The notes beneath the pieces are model-generated. The model was not told where the DNA came from and made no database searches. It worked only from the letters and a program-made list of their open reading frames with translations. This document shows, in pieces, positions 50,402 to 60,253 of a stretch of 64,000 bases of DNA. Origin of the DNA: an uncultured Candidatus Rokubacteria bacterium (GTDB taxonomy: Bacteria; Methylomirabilota; Methylomirabilia; Rokubacteriales; DASRDR01); the NCBI GenBank assembly GCA_963805625.1, contig CAWDVE010000010.1:1472001-1536000 (forward strand), written 5' to 3'. The number at the start of each line of letters is the position of its first letter. Position 1 is the stretch's first letter. Position numbers and translations under genes: made by a program.

Positions 50402-50800
50402 GTGCCGAAGGTGATCGTGAATCCGCCCTGGCTGCCGAAGCCCTCGGGCTACTCACACGGCATCGAGGCGCAGGGCCGGATCCTCTTTATCGCCGGCCAG
50501 ACGGCCCTGGACGCCGACGGCCGGATCGTCCCGGCCGGTGACCTAGTCGGCCAGTTCCGGCACGCGCTGGCCAACGTCGGCGCCGTCGTCGGCGCGCGCG
50601 GCGGGACGCTGCGCGACCTCGTCAAGGTGACATTTTATGTGGTCGACAAGCGCGAGTACCGCAGGAGGGCCCCCGAGATCGGGCAGGTCTACCGTGAGAT
50701 GATGGAGGGCCACTGGCCCGCCACCACGCTGGTGGAGGTGCAGGGGCTCTGGGACGACGACGCCCTGATCGAGATCGACGCGATCGCGGTCCTCGGCTAG
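50402..50800 (+). CDS. RidA/YjgF family protein
   Basis: GYSHG, LFIAGQ, WPATTLVEV, LIEIDAIA. Confidence 0.9.
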   Translation: MPKVIVNPPWLPKPSGYSHGIEAQGRILFIAGQTALDADGRIVPAGDLVGQFRHALANVGAVVGARGGTLRDLVKVTFYVVDKREYRRRAPEIGQVYREMMEGHWPATTLVEVQGLWDDDALIEIDAIAVLG

Positions 50801-50809
50801 GAGGCGACA

Positions 50810-51307
50810 ATGCAGGTCGGCCCCGTCTATCACACCGGCTTCACGGTGAGCGACATCGAGCGCTCGCTGGTCTTCTACCGGGACGTCCTCGGTCTCACCC
50901 TCGTCAAGCGGCAGACGGGCACCGCGCCCTACCTGGCGACCATCACGGGCTTCGAGGGGGTGCGCCTCGAGACCGCGCATCTCCAGCCGGCGGCCGGCGG
51001 CAGCATGCTGGAGCTACTCCAGTACGTCTCGCACCCCGCGCCGCCAACCGATCGCGCCACGAACCGCCCCGGCAACGGCCACCTCTGCTTCAAGGTCGAC
51101 GACGTGCGGGCGGCCTCCGCCGAGCTCCGGCGCCGGGGCGTGACGCTGATCTCGGAGCCGGCGGAGATCACCGCGGGCGCCCACGCCGGTGGCTGGGGCG
51201 TCTACCTCCGGGACCCGGACGGCTTCACCGTAGAGCTCTACCAGGGCCCGTCGGCGAGCCCGGCCGACGCGGCGGCCGCCACGGCCGGCGCGACCCACCG
51301 CGCCTGA
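50810..51307 (+). CDS. VOC/glyoxalase family protein
   Basis: HTGFTVSDIERSLVFY, LELLQY, GHLCF, RDPDGFTVEL. Confidence 0.88.
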   Translation: MQVGPVYHTGFTVSDIERSLVFYRDVLGLTLVKRQTGTAPYLATITGFEGVRLETAHLQPAAGGSMLELLQYVSHPAPPTDRATNRPGNGHLCFKVDDVRAASAELRRRGVTLISEPAEITAGAHAGGWGVYLRDPDGFTVELYQGPSASPADAAAATAGATHRA

Positions 51308-51813
51308 TGAGCCGCGACGGCTCGACGCCTCTGGTCGGTCGGGTCGCCGGGGCGCTCGCCTGGCGGGTGTTCGTCAGCACGGCCTACACGACCGGGCTGA
51401 CGCTCCTGATCCCCTTCGTCGCGCTGCGCGTCCAGCCCGCCGAGCTCGAGCTCGTGCCGGTCGCGATGTCGCCGGTGCTCCTGTGGGTGGCGATCGGGCT
51501 GATGGCGGCGGCGCTGATCGTGCGGCTCTCGGTGACCCACTCCCTGAGCGGCTCGCTCAAGGCGCTCGGAATGCTGACCTTCCTCCCGGGCTTCATCGGC
51601 ATTCTCGCGTCGATCTTCGGGCGCGAGTGGCTCCTGAACCGGTTCGCGGACACGGTGCCGCGCTTCCAGGAGGTCCGCCCGGCGATCGAGCTCTACCTCG
51701 ACCGCGCCGTGCCCCAGGTCGTCTACCTGACGGTGGGCTTCTTCGTCGCCGGCGTGCTCCTGCTGACGCTCGGCAGCCGGCTCGCCCCGACGCGCCCGCC
51801 CGCCGGATCCTGA
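51307..51813 (+). CDS. Hypothetical membrane protein (about 4 TM)
   Basis: Hydrophobic segments; start overlaps the upstream stop (TGATG). Confidence 0.65.
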   Translation: MSRDGSTPLVGRVAGALAWRVFVSTAYTTGLTLLIPFVALRVQPAELELVPVAMSPVLLWVAIGLMAAALIVRLSVTHSLSGSLKALGMLTFLPGFIGILASIFGREWLLNRFADTVPRFQEVRPAIELYLDRAVPQVVYLTVGFFVAGVLLLTLGSRLAPTRPPAGS

Positions 51814-51817
51814 GGCG

Positions 51818-52078
51818 TCAGCGACCTCGCTGGCTCCAGAGCAGGAGCAGCAGCAGGGGGACGTAAAGTGCGAGCACGCCCTGGAGCGTCAGCATGGGCC
51901 CTTCCGCTCCGCTGCTGACCAGCGTGCCGCGCGCGACCGGCACGAAAGCCCACAGGGGATCACCGAGGGCGTCGTTCAGGACCTTGCCGAGGAGGCCGAT
52001 CACGGCTCCTGGCAGCAGGAACGGCAAGAGAGAGGCCACGAAGCAGACGATGACGACGACCGTGAAAATCAGGGCCAT
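51818..52078 (-). CDS. Small hypothetical membrane protein
   Basis: MALIFTVVVIVCFVASLL...; GAGGAGG RBS. Confidence 0.55.
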   Translation of the reverse strand: MALIFTVVVIVCFVASLLPFLLPGAVIGLLGKVLNDALGDPLWAFVPVARGTLVSSGAEGPMLTLQGVLALYVPLLLLLLWSQRGR

Positions 52079-52216
52079 CAGGGCCTCCTCGCATCGCCTA
52101 TCGTCTGCCGACGCATCGGCCGATGTCAACGAATCGGTGGGCCCCGCCGGCGGCCCGCTACGACCCCTGCGCGACCACCGGGCCGGTGGCAGCGCGGCGG
52201 GGCCGAGCCGGCTCCA

Positions 52217-52867
52217 GTGACGAGCGAGCCGACGGTCAGTGACGCCGCCTTCTGGCAGGGCCTCTACGACCAGGGGAGCGACCGCTGGGAGCTGGGCCGG
52301 CCGAGCCCCTCGCTCGGCGCCGACCTCGCCCGCCGGCCCCTGCCCCCGGGAACCGTGGCCGTCCCCGGCTGCGGTCGCGGCCACGACGCCCGCCTCCTGG
52401 CGCGCCGCGGTCACCGCGTCTTCGCCTTCGACTTCGCTCCGGAGGCGCTTCGCCAGGCGCGCGAGTTCGCCGGGCGCGAGCGGGTGGAGGTGACCTTCGA
52501 GGATCGTGACGTATTCCGGCTCGCTGAGGCCTATCCCCGCTTCTTCGACGGCGTGTGGGAGTACACGTGCTTCTGCGCCATCGATCCCGGCCGGCGGCCG
52601 GAGTACGTCGAGGTGCTCGCAGCGATCCTCAAGCCGGGCGGATGGCTCCTGGCCTGCTTCTTTCCGATGGGCGAGCGCTCGGGGGGACCGCCGTTCGCCG
52701 TGAGCGAACCAGAGGTCCGAGAACTCCTGACCGCACACTTCGCGCTGGTCGAGGACTACGTCCCCTTCGCATCGCCCGAAGGCCGCCAGGGCCGCGAATG
52801 GATGGTGCTGGCGCGGCTGCGGGGCGGCGAGCCGAGCTGGCGCCCGGTCACCCCGTTCCGCAGGTAG
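52217..52867 (+). CDS. Thiopurine/thiol/halide S-methyltransferase family protein
   Basis: FWQGLY..WELGRPSP, VPGCGRGHD, EYTCFCAI, GPPFAV. Confidence 0.88.
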   Translation: MTSEPTVSDAAFWQGLYDQGSDRWELGRPSPSLGADLARRPLPPGTVAVPGCGRGHDARLLARRGHRVFAFDFAPEALRQAREFAGRERVEVTFEDRDVFRLAEAYPRFFDGVWEYTCFCAIDPGRRPEYVEVLAAILKPGGWLLACFFPMGERSGGPPFAVSEPEVRELLTAHFALVEDYVPFASPEGRQGREWMVLARLRGGEPSWRPVTPFRR

Positions 52868-53170
52868 CCGGCGAGTGCGTCGGCCTCCTGAGCGGGGTCG
52901 GCGCGGCGCTCACGCTCCTCGGGCTGGCCCAGACCCGGGGTTGGCTGCCCCGACGCCGCCGGCGATCTTCGGGCGTCTGAGCCGAACGCCGGCCTGTTCC
53001 TGCGGCGGTCCCCTCGTCGCGCGACCCCAATGCGAGGCGGCGTGCCACGCGTGGGGGTCCCTGGCGTCGAGGCTCTCGCCCGGGCTACCATGCCGGCGGC
53101 CGACCGGGTCGGTGGAGCCGCGCGCCGCCGCGAGGCGATCAAGGACCCGGCGCGGGCCGGGAGGACGTCC

Positions 53171-53458
53171 ATGGCTGCCTATGTCATCGTCGATCTCGAG
53201 GTCACCGATCCCGCGCGCTACGCCGAGTACCGGCAACGGGCGCCGGCGACCGTCGCCGCGTACGGGGGCCGCTTCCTCGTGCGGGGCGGCGAGCACCAGG
53301 TTGCGGAGGGCAACTGGCGCCCGCGACGCCTCGTGGTGCTCGAGTTCCCGAGCCTGGCCCAAGCCCGGCAATGGTACAACTCGGAGGAGTACCGCGAGCC
53401 CAAGGCGATACGCCTCGCGGCCTCGAACGCGAACCTCGTCTTCGTCGAGGGAGCCTGA
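53171..53458 (+). CDS. DUF1330 family protein
   Basis: MAAYVIV..YGGRFLVRGG..LEFPS..WYNSEEY. Confidence 0.9.
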   Translation: MAAYVIVDLEVTDPARYAEYRQRAPATVAAYGGRFLVRGGEHQVAEGNWRPRRLVVLEFPSLAQARQWYNSEEYREPKAIRLAASNANLVFVEGA

Positions 53459-53460
53459 GG

Positions 53461-54195
53461 GTGGCTGCGAGCGCGAATGTCGCCCTGCGCCACGACGGCC
53501 CGATCGCGACCGTCACCCTCGACCGGCCCGAGCACCGGAACTCGCTGAGCGACGCCATGCTCGGCGAGCTGATCGAGGTGCTCGGAGCCCTCCGCGACGA
53601 CGCGCGGTCGCGCGTGGTGATCGTCACCGGGGCGCCGCCGGTCTTCTCGGCCGGCGCGCACTTTCCGGCCCGGCGCGGGATGTCGCCCGAGGAGCGCCGG
53701 CAGGTCTTCCTCTCGACGCCGAACCAGTTCCGGCGGCTCTTTGAGCGTGTCACGGTGCTCCTCGAGAACCTCGAACAAACGACGATCGCGATGATCAACG
53801 GACACGCGATCGGGGGCGGCTTCGGGCTGACGCTCGCGTGCGACTTCCGGTGGGCGGCGGCGGAGGCGACGCTCGGGATTCCCGAGGTCGATCTCGGGGT
53901 TCCGCTGGGGGTGGCCTCGACCACGCGGTTCGTCCGCCTGGTGGGCCCGGCCCGCGCCAAGGAGATCATCATGGAGGGCCGGCGGTACACAGCGGCCGAG
54001 GCGCACGCGATGGGCCTCGTCCATCGCGTGGTGCCGGGGGACCAGCTGGCCGCCGCGGTGCGCGCGTACGCCGAGATCCTCGCGGCCAAGCCCTTCGGCC
54101 CGCTCGCCCAGGTCAAGGCCCGGATCAACGCCATCGCCCGCACGGGCATCCCCGAGGTCAACGCGATGACCGAGGGCTTCCTCCCCCGCGAGTGA
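53461..54195 (+). CDS. Enoyl-CoA hydratase/isomerase family protein
   Basis: LDRPEHRNSL, FSAGA, INGHAIGGG, PEVDLG. Confidence 0.88.
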   Translation: MAASANVALRHDGPIATVTLDRPEHRNSLSDAMLGELIEVLGALRDDARSRVVIVTGAPPVFSAGAHFPARRGMSPEERRQVFLSTPNQFRRLFERVTVLLENLEQTTIAMINGHAIGGGFGLTLACDFRWAAAEATLGIPEVDLGVPLGVASTTRFVRLVGPARAKEIIMEGRRYTAAEAHAMGLVHRVVPGDQLAAAVRAYAEILAAKPFGPLAQVKARINAIARTGIPEVNAMTEGFLPRE

Positions 54196-54199
54196 GGGC

Positions 54200-55450
54200 G
54201 TGACCCCGCCGTCCGGCGATCAGGGCTCTCCCGGCATGCTCGCGGGGATCCGCGTCCTCGACCTCTCGCGTGTCGTCGCGGGCCCGTACTGCGCGATGCT
54301 GCTCGCCGATCTCGGCGCGGACGTGATCAAGGTCGAGCGCCCGGAGCGGGGCGACGACCTGCGCGAGTGGCGCGCGCGCACGGGGCGCGGCGGCATGAGC
54401 GCCGTGTTCGCCGCGATCAACCGGAACAAGCGCGGGATCGCCCTCGACTTCCAGAAGCCGGAGGGCGCGCGGATCCTCCGGGAGCTGGCCGCCCGCTCCG
54501 ACGTGCTCGTCGAGAACTTCGTGCCGGGCGTGGCCGACCGGCTCGGAGTGGGCTACGAGGCCGTGAGCGCCGTGAATCCCGGGATCGTCTACGTCTCCGT
54601 GAGCGGGTTCGGGCAGACCGGCCCCTACGCCCAGCGTCCCGGCTACAACACGATCGCCCAGGGCATGGGCGGCCTCATGGGCGTCACCGGCATGCCGGGC
54701 GACCCGCCGACGCGGGCCGGCGGGTCGATCGCCGACGTGGCGGCGGCCTACCTGTCCTTCGGTGCCACCAACGCGGCCCTGGTCCACCGGCTCCGGACCG
54801 GGCGAGGCCAGCATCTCGACGTGAACCTGCTCGCCGCGACCCTCGGTCTCCTCCCCGATCCCGTGGCCCATCTCTTCGACTCCGGCAAGCGCCCGGCGCG
54901 CGTGGGAAACCGGAACCCGACGCTCACGCCCGCCGAGGCCTTCCGGACGAAGGACGGCTGGCTCAACGTCGTCCTGATGAACCCCGCCCAGTGGGACCGC
55001 TTCTGCCGGGTGCTCGGCGACGAGGTGCTGCGGACCGAGCCACACTTCGCCACGAACCTCGGGCGCCTCGAGAACCACGAGGAGATGAAAGCGCGCGTCG
55101 AGACGGCGCTCGCCACCGCGACGACGGCGGAATGGGTCACGCGCTTCGAGGCGGCGTCGATCGCGGGCGGGCCGATCTACGAGCTGGACGAAGTCTTCGA
55201 CGACCCGCAGATCCGCCACCTCGGGCTCCTGGCCGAGGTGGAGCAGCCGACGTACGAGGCTCACGGAGGGCGCGTGCGGATGCTGGGCTTCCCCTTCGGC
55301 GCGTCCGCGACTCCGGCGTCCATCCGGCGGCCTGCCCCGCTTCTCGGCGAGCACACTGCGGAGGTCCTCACCGAGCTCCTCGGGCTCTCCCCGGCCGAGG
55401 TCGCGGGGCTGGCCGAGGCCGGCGCGATCGCCCTCGCCCCCCGCTCCTGA
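54200..55450 (+). CDS. Class III CoA-transferase (CaiB/BaiF family)
   Basis: LAGIRVLDLSRVVAGPY, NRNKRG, SGFGQTGP, APLLGEHT. Confidence 0.92.
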   Translation: MTPPSGDQGSPGMLAGIRVLDLSRVVAGPYCAMLLADLGADVIKVERPERGDDLREWRARTGRGGMSAVFAAINRNKRGIALDFQKPEGARILRELAARSDVLVENFVPGVADRLGVGYEAVSAVNPGIVYVSVSGFGQTGPYAQRPGYNTIAQGMGGLMGVTGMPGDPPTRAGGSIADVAAAYLSFGATNAALVHRLRTGRGQHLDVNLLAATLGLLPDPVAHLFDSGKRPARVGNRNPTLTPAEAFRTKDGWLNVVLMNPAQWDRFCRVLGDEVLRTEPHFATNLGRLENHEEMKARVETALATATTAEWVTRFEAASIAGGPIYELDEVFDDPQIRHLGLLAEVEQPTYEAHGGRVRMLGFPFGASATPASIRRPAPLLGEHTAEVLTELLGLSPAEVAGLAEAGAIALAPRS

Positions 55451-55462
55451 GCCGGCGGACCG

Positions 55463-56254
55463 TCAGCTCTTCGGCCGGTTCGCGACGAAGAGGTAGCGCG
55501 TCAGGCTGAAGAAGTACTCGCCGCCGCCGGCGCGCGCGAGGAGATCCGCTTTCCAGGCCTCCGCCTCCTCACGCGGCACCCCGTGGCGAACGGCCAGGTC
55601 GGCGGTCGGCCCGATGAGACCGCCGCTGAACGTCCCAGGACTCCCGCTGAGCTCGAGCACGGGGATCGCCTCGGCGTGTGCGAGCTCGAGACCCGCCCGG
55701 CCGAGGAACCCCGGCAGCCGCGGCGGAAGGTGCGCCTGCACGAAGTATCCACCGCGCGCCTCCATGACCCGGCGATGCCGATCGCGGTCGGCCGTGAGCC
55801 ACACGCAGGAGTCCCAGTCGGTGTCGACGACCGCCAGGCGGCCACCGGGGCGGAGGACGCGCGCGGCTTCCGCCAGCGCGCCCTCGACGTCGGGGACGTA
55901 GAGGTAGACCTGGACCGCGGTGACGAAATCGAAGGCGCCGGCCGGGAACGCGAGCCGGACGGCGTCGCCCTCCTGGACCTCCACGCGGTCCGCCAGGCCC
56001 TCCCGCGCGATGCGGGCGCGCGCCGCCTCCAACATCTCGGGACTCTCGTCGAGGCCGACGATGCGCCCGCCCGGTCCGACCTCGCGGCCGAGCTCGCAGG
56101 CGAGAAAGGCCGGCCCGCACCCCACGTCGAGACCGCGCTCGCCGGGGCGTGCGCCGAGCGCGGCGCGCGTGCGCGCCCGCTGGGCCGCGATCGCGGGCGA
56201 CGCGTAGACGGTCTCGAGCCGCGCCGCCTCGCGCGCGCCGAACTTCGCGGCCAT
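55463..56254 (-). CDS. Class I SAM-dependent methyltransferase (UbiE-like)
   Basis: LDVGCGP, GDAVRLAF, RVLRPGGR..DTDW. Confidence 0.87.
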   Translation of the reverse strand: MAAKFGAREAARLETVYASPAIAAQRARTRAALGARPGERGLDVGCGPAFLACELGREVGPGGRIVGLDESPEMLEAARARIAREGLADRVEVQEGDAVRLAFPAGAFDFVTAVQVYLYVPDVEGALAEAARVLRPGGRLAVVDTDWDSCVWLTADRDRHRRVMEARGGYFVQAHLPPRLPGFLGRAGLELAHAEAIPVLELSGSPGTFSGGLIGPTADLAVRHGVPREEAEAWKADLLARAGGGEYFFSLTRYLFVANRPKS

Positions 56255-56504
56255 CTTCCACCTCCAGGAAAGACGCCGGTGGATCGCCGGCTCCGTGGCA
56301 GCCTAGGGCGGAACCCGAGAGTCGGCCGGTCAGGCGGCCGCGCCGTCCGCGGGCCTCATCGTACATCGGCCAGGGGCCCGCGTGGGATTGCGCGCCCGCA
56401 TCCGGCGACCGGTCGGACGACTGGCCGCCGGGTTGTTCCACGCGGGGAAGTTGGCTACCATGGCGCCGCGCGGTGGTCTGGCTCCGGACAGAGGAGGGCC
56501 CTGG

Positions 56505-57107
56505 GTGGCGGTCGCGATCGAGGAAGGTCTCCCGCCGAAGGCGCTCTGGCCGGAGCGCATCTACACCCTCCCCGAGACGCGCTATCCCGTTCGACTCAAC
56601 GTCGCCACGGCGCTTCTCGACGCCAACGCCGACGCCATCAAGGGCCCGACGGGCTGCAAGTACTGGCGGAAGCCCGAGCGCCAGGCCGAGTACGTGCGGT
56701 TCGGGGGCTGGAACGTGACCGGCGACGTCTACGTCCACGATGATGACGGCTACTTCTCGTACCAGTGCCGGTCCGACGACATGATCGTGACGGGCGGCTA
56801 CAAGATCCCGGCACCCGAGGTCGAGCACGTGCTGGACGAGCACCCGGCCGTCGCCGAGTCCGCGGTGGTGGCGGCCCCGGACGCGACGCGCGGCTTCGTG
56901 CCGAAGGCGTTCGTGGTCCTGCGTCCGGGGTTCACGGCCACCGACGAGCTGGCGAAGGAGCTGCAGGACCACGTGAAGAAGGTGCTCGCTCCCTACAAGT
57001 ACCCCCGTCAGGTCGCGTTCGTCCCCGCGCTGCCGCACACGGAGACGGGCAAGATCCGCCGGGTTGAGCTCCGGCAGCAGGAGGCAGGGCGGGCCGCACC
57101 GCCCTGA
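56505..57107 (+). pseudogene. 2-aminobenzoate/benzoate-CoA ligase with a large in-frame internal deletion
   Basis: About 45 aa of N-terminus (LPPKALWPE..YPVRLN) is joined to the C-terminal KGPTGC, WNVTGD, RSDDMI, YKYPR, TETGKI; the AMP-binding P-loop is absent. Confidence 0.82.
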
Positions 57108-57195
57108 CCCGCCGTTCCCCGAGCGCGGGCCCGGCCCCGCGGCTCACCAGGCAGGCTCTCCAGGCAGCGGGCCCCCGGCCCGGGAAGGAGGCGTG

Positions 57196-57477
57196 ATGGA
57201 CGGCAAGAAGGTGACGATCGTCGGCATCGTGGCGATCCTCATCGGGCTCCTCGTCGGGTACCTCATGTGGGGCGCCCAGACGAAGTCGCTCCAGGGCGAG
57301 CTCGATAAGCTCAAGACGCAGCTCACCGACGCGCAGAAGGCCGGGACGCATGAACAGGAGCTGTCCGCCAAGCTCGCGCAGATGGAGGCTCAGCTAAAGC
57401 AGATGAGCGACGACCTCGCTGCCGAGAAGGCGAAGCGGGAGAAGATGCAGGCGCAGGTCTCCAAGGGCAAGAAGTGA
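57196..57477 (+). CDS. Small membrane-anchored coiled-coil protein
   Basis: N-terminal TM ending GYLMWG, heptad helix, KGKK tail; AAGGAGG RBS. Confidence 0.7.
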   Translation: MDGKKVTIVGIVAILIGLLVGYLMWGAQTKSLQGELDKLKTQLTDAQKAGTHEQELSAKLAQMEAQLKQMSDDLAAEKAKREKMQAQVSKGKK

Positions 57478-57511
57478 GGCGAGAACGCGCGGGGCACGAA
57501 CGGGAGGTGCC

Positions 57512-57787
57512 ATGCAAGCCGTCGTGATCGGGATCATCGCCGCCATCATCGGGCTGGGCATCGGGTACGTCACCTGGGGATCGCAGTCGGCGCAGGCCGC
57601 GAAGGACGTGGCGGCGGCGAAGGCGCAGCTCGAGGGGGCTCGGAAGACCGCCGAGCGGGAAGGCCAGCTGGCGACCAAGATCCAGGCAGCCGAGGCCAAG
57701 CTCAAGGAGACCCAGGAAGCTCTCAAGACCGAGACGGACCAGGCCACGAAGCTCGAGGCGATGCTGGCGAAGCGCAAGAAGAAGTAG
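57512..57787 (+). CDS. Small membrane-anchored coiled-coil protein, paralogue of the upstream gene
   Basis: TM ending GYVTWG, coiled coil, KRKKK tail; GGAGG RBS. Confidence 0.7.
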   Translation: MQAVVIGIIAAIIGLGIGYVTWGSQSAQAAKDVAAAKAQLEGARKTAEREGQLATKIQAAEAKLKETQEALKTETDQATKLEAMLAKRKKK

Positions 57788-58108
57788 CCGGGCGGGCCCC
57801 CAGGCGCCCTGAATCACTGGCACCGGGGCGCTCGGGGCTCGCGCGGTCGACCGCTCCACCGACAGCGGAGCTCGGCCCGCTGTCGGGCGGGCCTTCCTCT
57901 GCGGGCGGGGGCTCGTCCGTCCCGCGGCCGTGGGTCCGAACCGTTCATCTCCGCTCCGAACCTGACTTCGCGGAGACACCGGGGTTCCCGGCCATGGGCC
58001 GTTCGGTGTAGGCTCTGGGGACCGCTCGCATCGTGACTGGGTCGGGCGCCTGCCCGCGCCGTGGTGCTTCGCCGGACCGCAAGCTCGGGACTGTGAGGAG
58101 GAGAACGC

Positions 58109-59332
58109 ATGGACCAGCAGACTCGTCGGACGTTCCTCAAAGCCGCCGTCATCGGGGGCGGTGCCGCTGCCGGGATGGCCACGGGACCGTGGGTCCGCCG
58201 GGCCGGCGCTCAGGGCGGGCCGGTCAAGATCGGCGTCGTCCTGCCCTACTCGGGCGTCTACGCGGAGCTCGGGAACAGCATCACCCAGGCGATGGAGCTC
58301 GTCTTCGCGCGGGAGAACTGGACGGTCGCCGGCCGCAAGATCGAGATGATCCGCGAAGACGACGAGATGGCGGTGCCGGTCGGCGTGCGGAAGACCGAGA
58401 AGCTCATCGACTCCGACAAGGTGGATATCCTGACGGGTCCGGTCCACAGCGGCATCCTCATGGCCATGCGCGACAAGGTCCACAACTCGAAGACGATCCT
58501 GCTCGTGTCGAACGCGGGCGCCGATGCCATCAGCCGCACCCGCTGCTCGAAGTGGATCTTCCGGACCTCGTTCTCCAACTGGCAGCCCTGCCAGCCCATG
58601 GGCGGCTGGGTCGCGGAGAAGGTATCGAAGGAGGTTTTCCAGATCGCGCCCAACTACCAGGCCGGGAAAGACATGATGGAGGCATTCCGGGAGACCTATC
58701 ACCCGGCCGGCGGAAAGATCGTCGGCGAGGACTACCCGAAGCTCGGCGAGACCGACTACGCGCCGTACCTGACCAAGATCAAGCAGTCCGGCGCCAAGGC
58801 GGTGTTCGCGTTCTTCTCCGGGACGGACGCCGTAAACTTCGTCAAGCAATACGACGAGTTCGGGCTCAAGACGGGCATCAAGCTCACCGGTCCGGGCTTC
58901 CTGACCGAGCCCGACGTGCTGCCCGCCCAGGGCAAGGCGGCGCTCGGCACCCTCACCGGCCACTTCTACACGCCGCAGCTCGACAACCCGGTGAACCAGC
59001 GGTTCGTCAAGGAATTCCGGGACAAGTTCAAGGGCAAGACTCCGGACGGCTTCGCCTGCCAGGGGTACGACACCGCCGAGGTGATCGTGCGCGCTCTCAA
59101 GGCCGTGAACGGCAATACCCAGGACAAGGACAAGCTCGTCGGGGCGATCGCCGAGACGGAGTTCGACAGCCCGCGCGGGCGGTTCCGCTTCGACCCCAAG
59201 ACGCACAACGTGATCCAGCCCTTCATCTACATCCGCGAGGTCCGGGAGGTCGCCGGCAGCCTTGCGAATGTGCCGATCGACAGGGTCGCCGGCGTGCGTG
59301 ACCCCGGCACTGGCTGCACGCTCCCGGCCTGA
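58109..59332 (+). CDS. Tat-exported Liv-family substrate-binding protein (benzoate/aromatic-acid type)
   Basis: TRRTFLK, LPYSGVYA, GPVHSG, NAGA, FRTSFSNWQ, SPRG. Confidence 0.88.
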   Translation: MDQQTRRTFLKAAVIGGGAAAGMATGPWVRRAGAQGGPVKIGVVLPYSGVYAELGNSITQAMELVFARENWTVAGRKIEMIREDDEMAVPVGVRKTEKLIDSDKVDILTGPVHSGILMAMRDKVHNSKTILLVSNAGADAISRTRCSKWIFRTSFSNWQPCQPMGGWVAEKVSKEVFQIAPNYQAGKDMMEAFRETYHPAGGKIVGEDYPKLGETDYAPYLTKIKQSGAKAVFAFFSGTDAVNFVKQYDEFGLKTGIKLTGPGFLTEPDVLPAQGKAALGTLTGHFYTPQLDNPVNQRFVKEFRDKFKGKTPDGFACQGYDTAEVIVRALKAVNGNTQDKDKLVGAIAETEFDSPRGRFRFDPKTHNVIQPFIYIREVREVAGSLANVPIDRVAGVRDPGTGCTLPA

Positions 59333-59341
59333 CGAGGCCTC

Positions 59342-59372
59342 CGAAGGCCGGGGCCTCGCGCCCCGGCCTTCG
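59342..59372 (+). terminator. Intercistronic 13-bp stem-loop after the binding-protein gene (mRNA stabiliser or partial terminator)
   Basis: CGAAGGCCGGGGC-5nt-GCCCCGGCCTTCG. Confidence 0.55.
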
Positions 59373-59380
59373 CCAATCCC

Positions 59381-60253
59381 GTGCCCTTCCTCTCAGACGT
59401 CCTCGGGCAGGCCCTGAACGGCCTGGCCTACGGTGCTCTGCTGTTTCTCCTCTCGGTCGGTCTGACGCTCATCTTCGGAATGCTCGATGTCGTCAACCTC
59501 GCGCACGGCTCGTTCTACATGCTGGGTGCGTATGCGGGCCTAACCACCCTCACGCTGACCGGTAACTTCTGGCTCGCCGCCATCACGGCACCTCTCGCCG
59601 TGGGCCTCGTCGGCGCCCTCGTCGAGCGCGGCCTCCTCCGGCCGCTCTACCGGCGATCCCCGCTCGACCAGGTGCTCTTGACCTTCGGTCTCATCTATCT
59701 CTTCGAGGATCTGGTCAAGTGGGGCTGGGGGGGCCGCATTCGCTCGATCCCGCCCCCCGAGCTCTTCTCCGGCCGCGTGACGCTCGGCGGTCTCACCTTC
59801 CCCGCGTACCGGCTCTTCGTCATCGCCTTCGGCCTGCTCGTCGCGGTCCTGCTCTGGCTCGTCATCGAGAGGACGCGCCTCGGAGCCGTGATCCGCGCCG
59901 GCGTGTACGACGCCGAGATGGCCGCGGGTCTCGGGATCGACATCGGGCGCGTGTTCACGCTGGTCTTCGCCTTCGGCGCGGCGCTCGGCGGGCTCTCCGG
60001 CGTCATCGCCGGGCCGATCCAGTCCGCGTATCCGTCCATGGGCGTGAGCGTCCTCATCCCCGCCTTGATCGTGGTCGTCGTCGGCGGCCTGGGCTCGCTC
60101 AAGGGCTCGCTCGTGGGGAGCCTGATCATCGGGCAGGCCGAGACCTTCGGGAAGGTCTGGCTGCCCGGCGTCTCGATGCTGATGATCTACGTCGTGATGG
60201 CGCTCATCGTGCTGCTCCGGCCCCAGGGCCTGTTCGGCCGGCCCCTCCGGTGA
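59381..60253 (+). CDS. livH: LivH-like ABC permease
   Basis: GLTLIFGMLDVVNLAHGSFY, VVGGLGSL, RPQGLFG. Confidence 0.9.
   Translation: MPFLSDVLGQALNGLAYGALLFLLSVGLTLIFGMLDVVNLAHGSFYMLGAYAGLTTLTLTGNFWLAAITAPLAVGLVGALVERGLLRPLYRRSPLDQVLLTFGLIYLFEDLVKWGWGGRIRSIPPPELFSGRVTLGGLTFPAYRLFVIAFGLLVAVLLWLVIERTRLGAVIRAGVYDAEMAAGLGIDIGRVFTLVFAFGAALGGLSGVIAGPIQSAYPSMGVSVLIPALIVVVVGGLGSLKGSLVGSLIIGQAETFGKVWLPGVSMLMIYVVMALIVLLRPQGLFGRPLR

Noticed and set aside
55463-56254. Arsenite methyltransferase arsM partner for ArsS
   Set aside because: The characteristic ArsM Cys motifs (GCG-P before motif I, SNCV) are not evident, and the gene is over 20 kb away.
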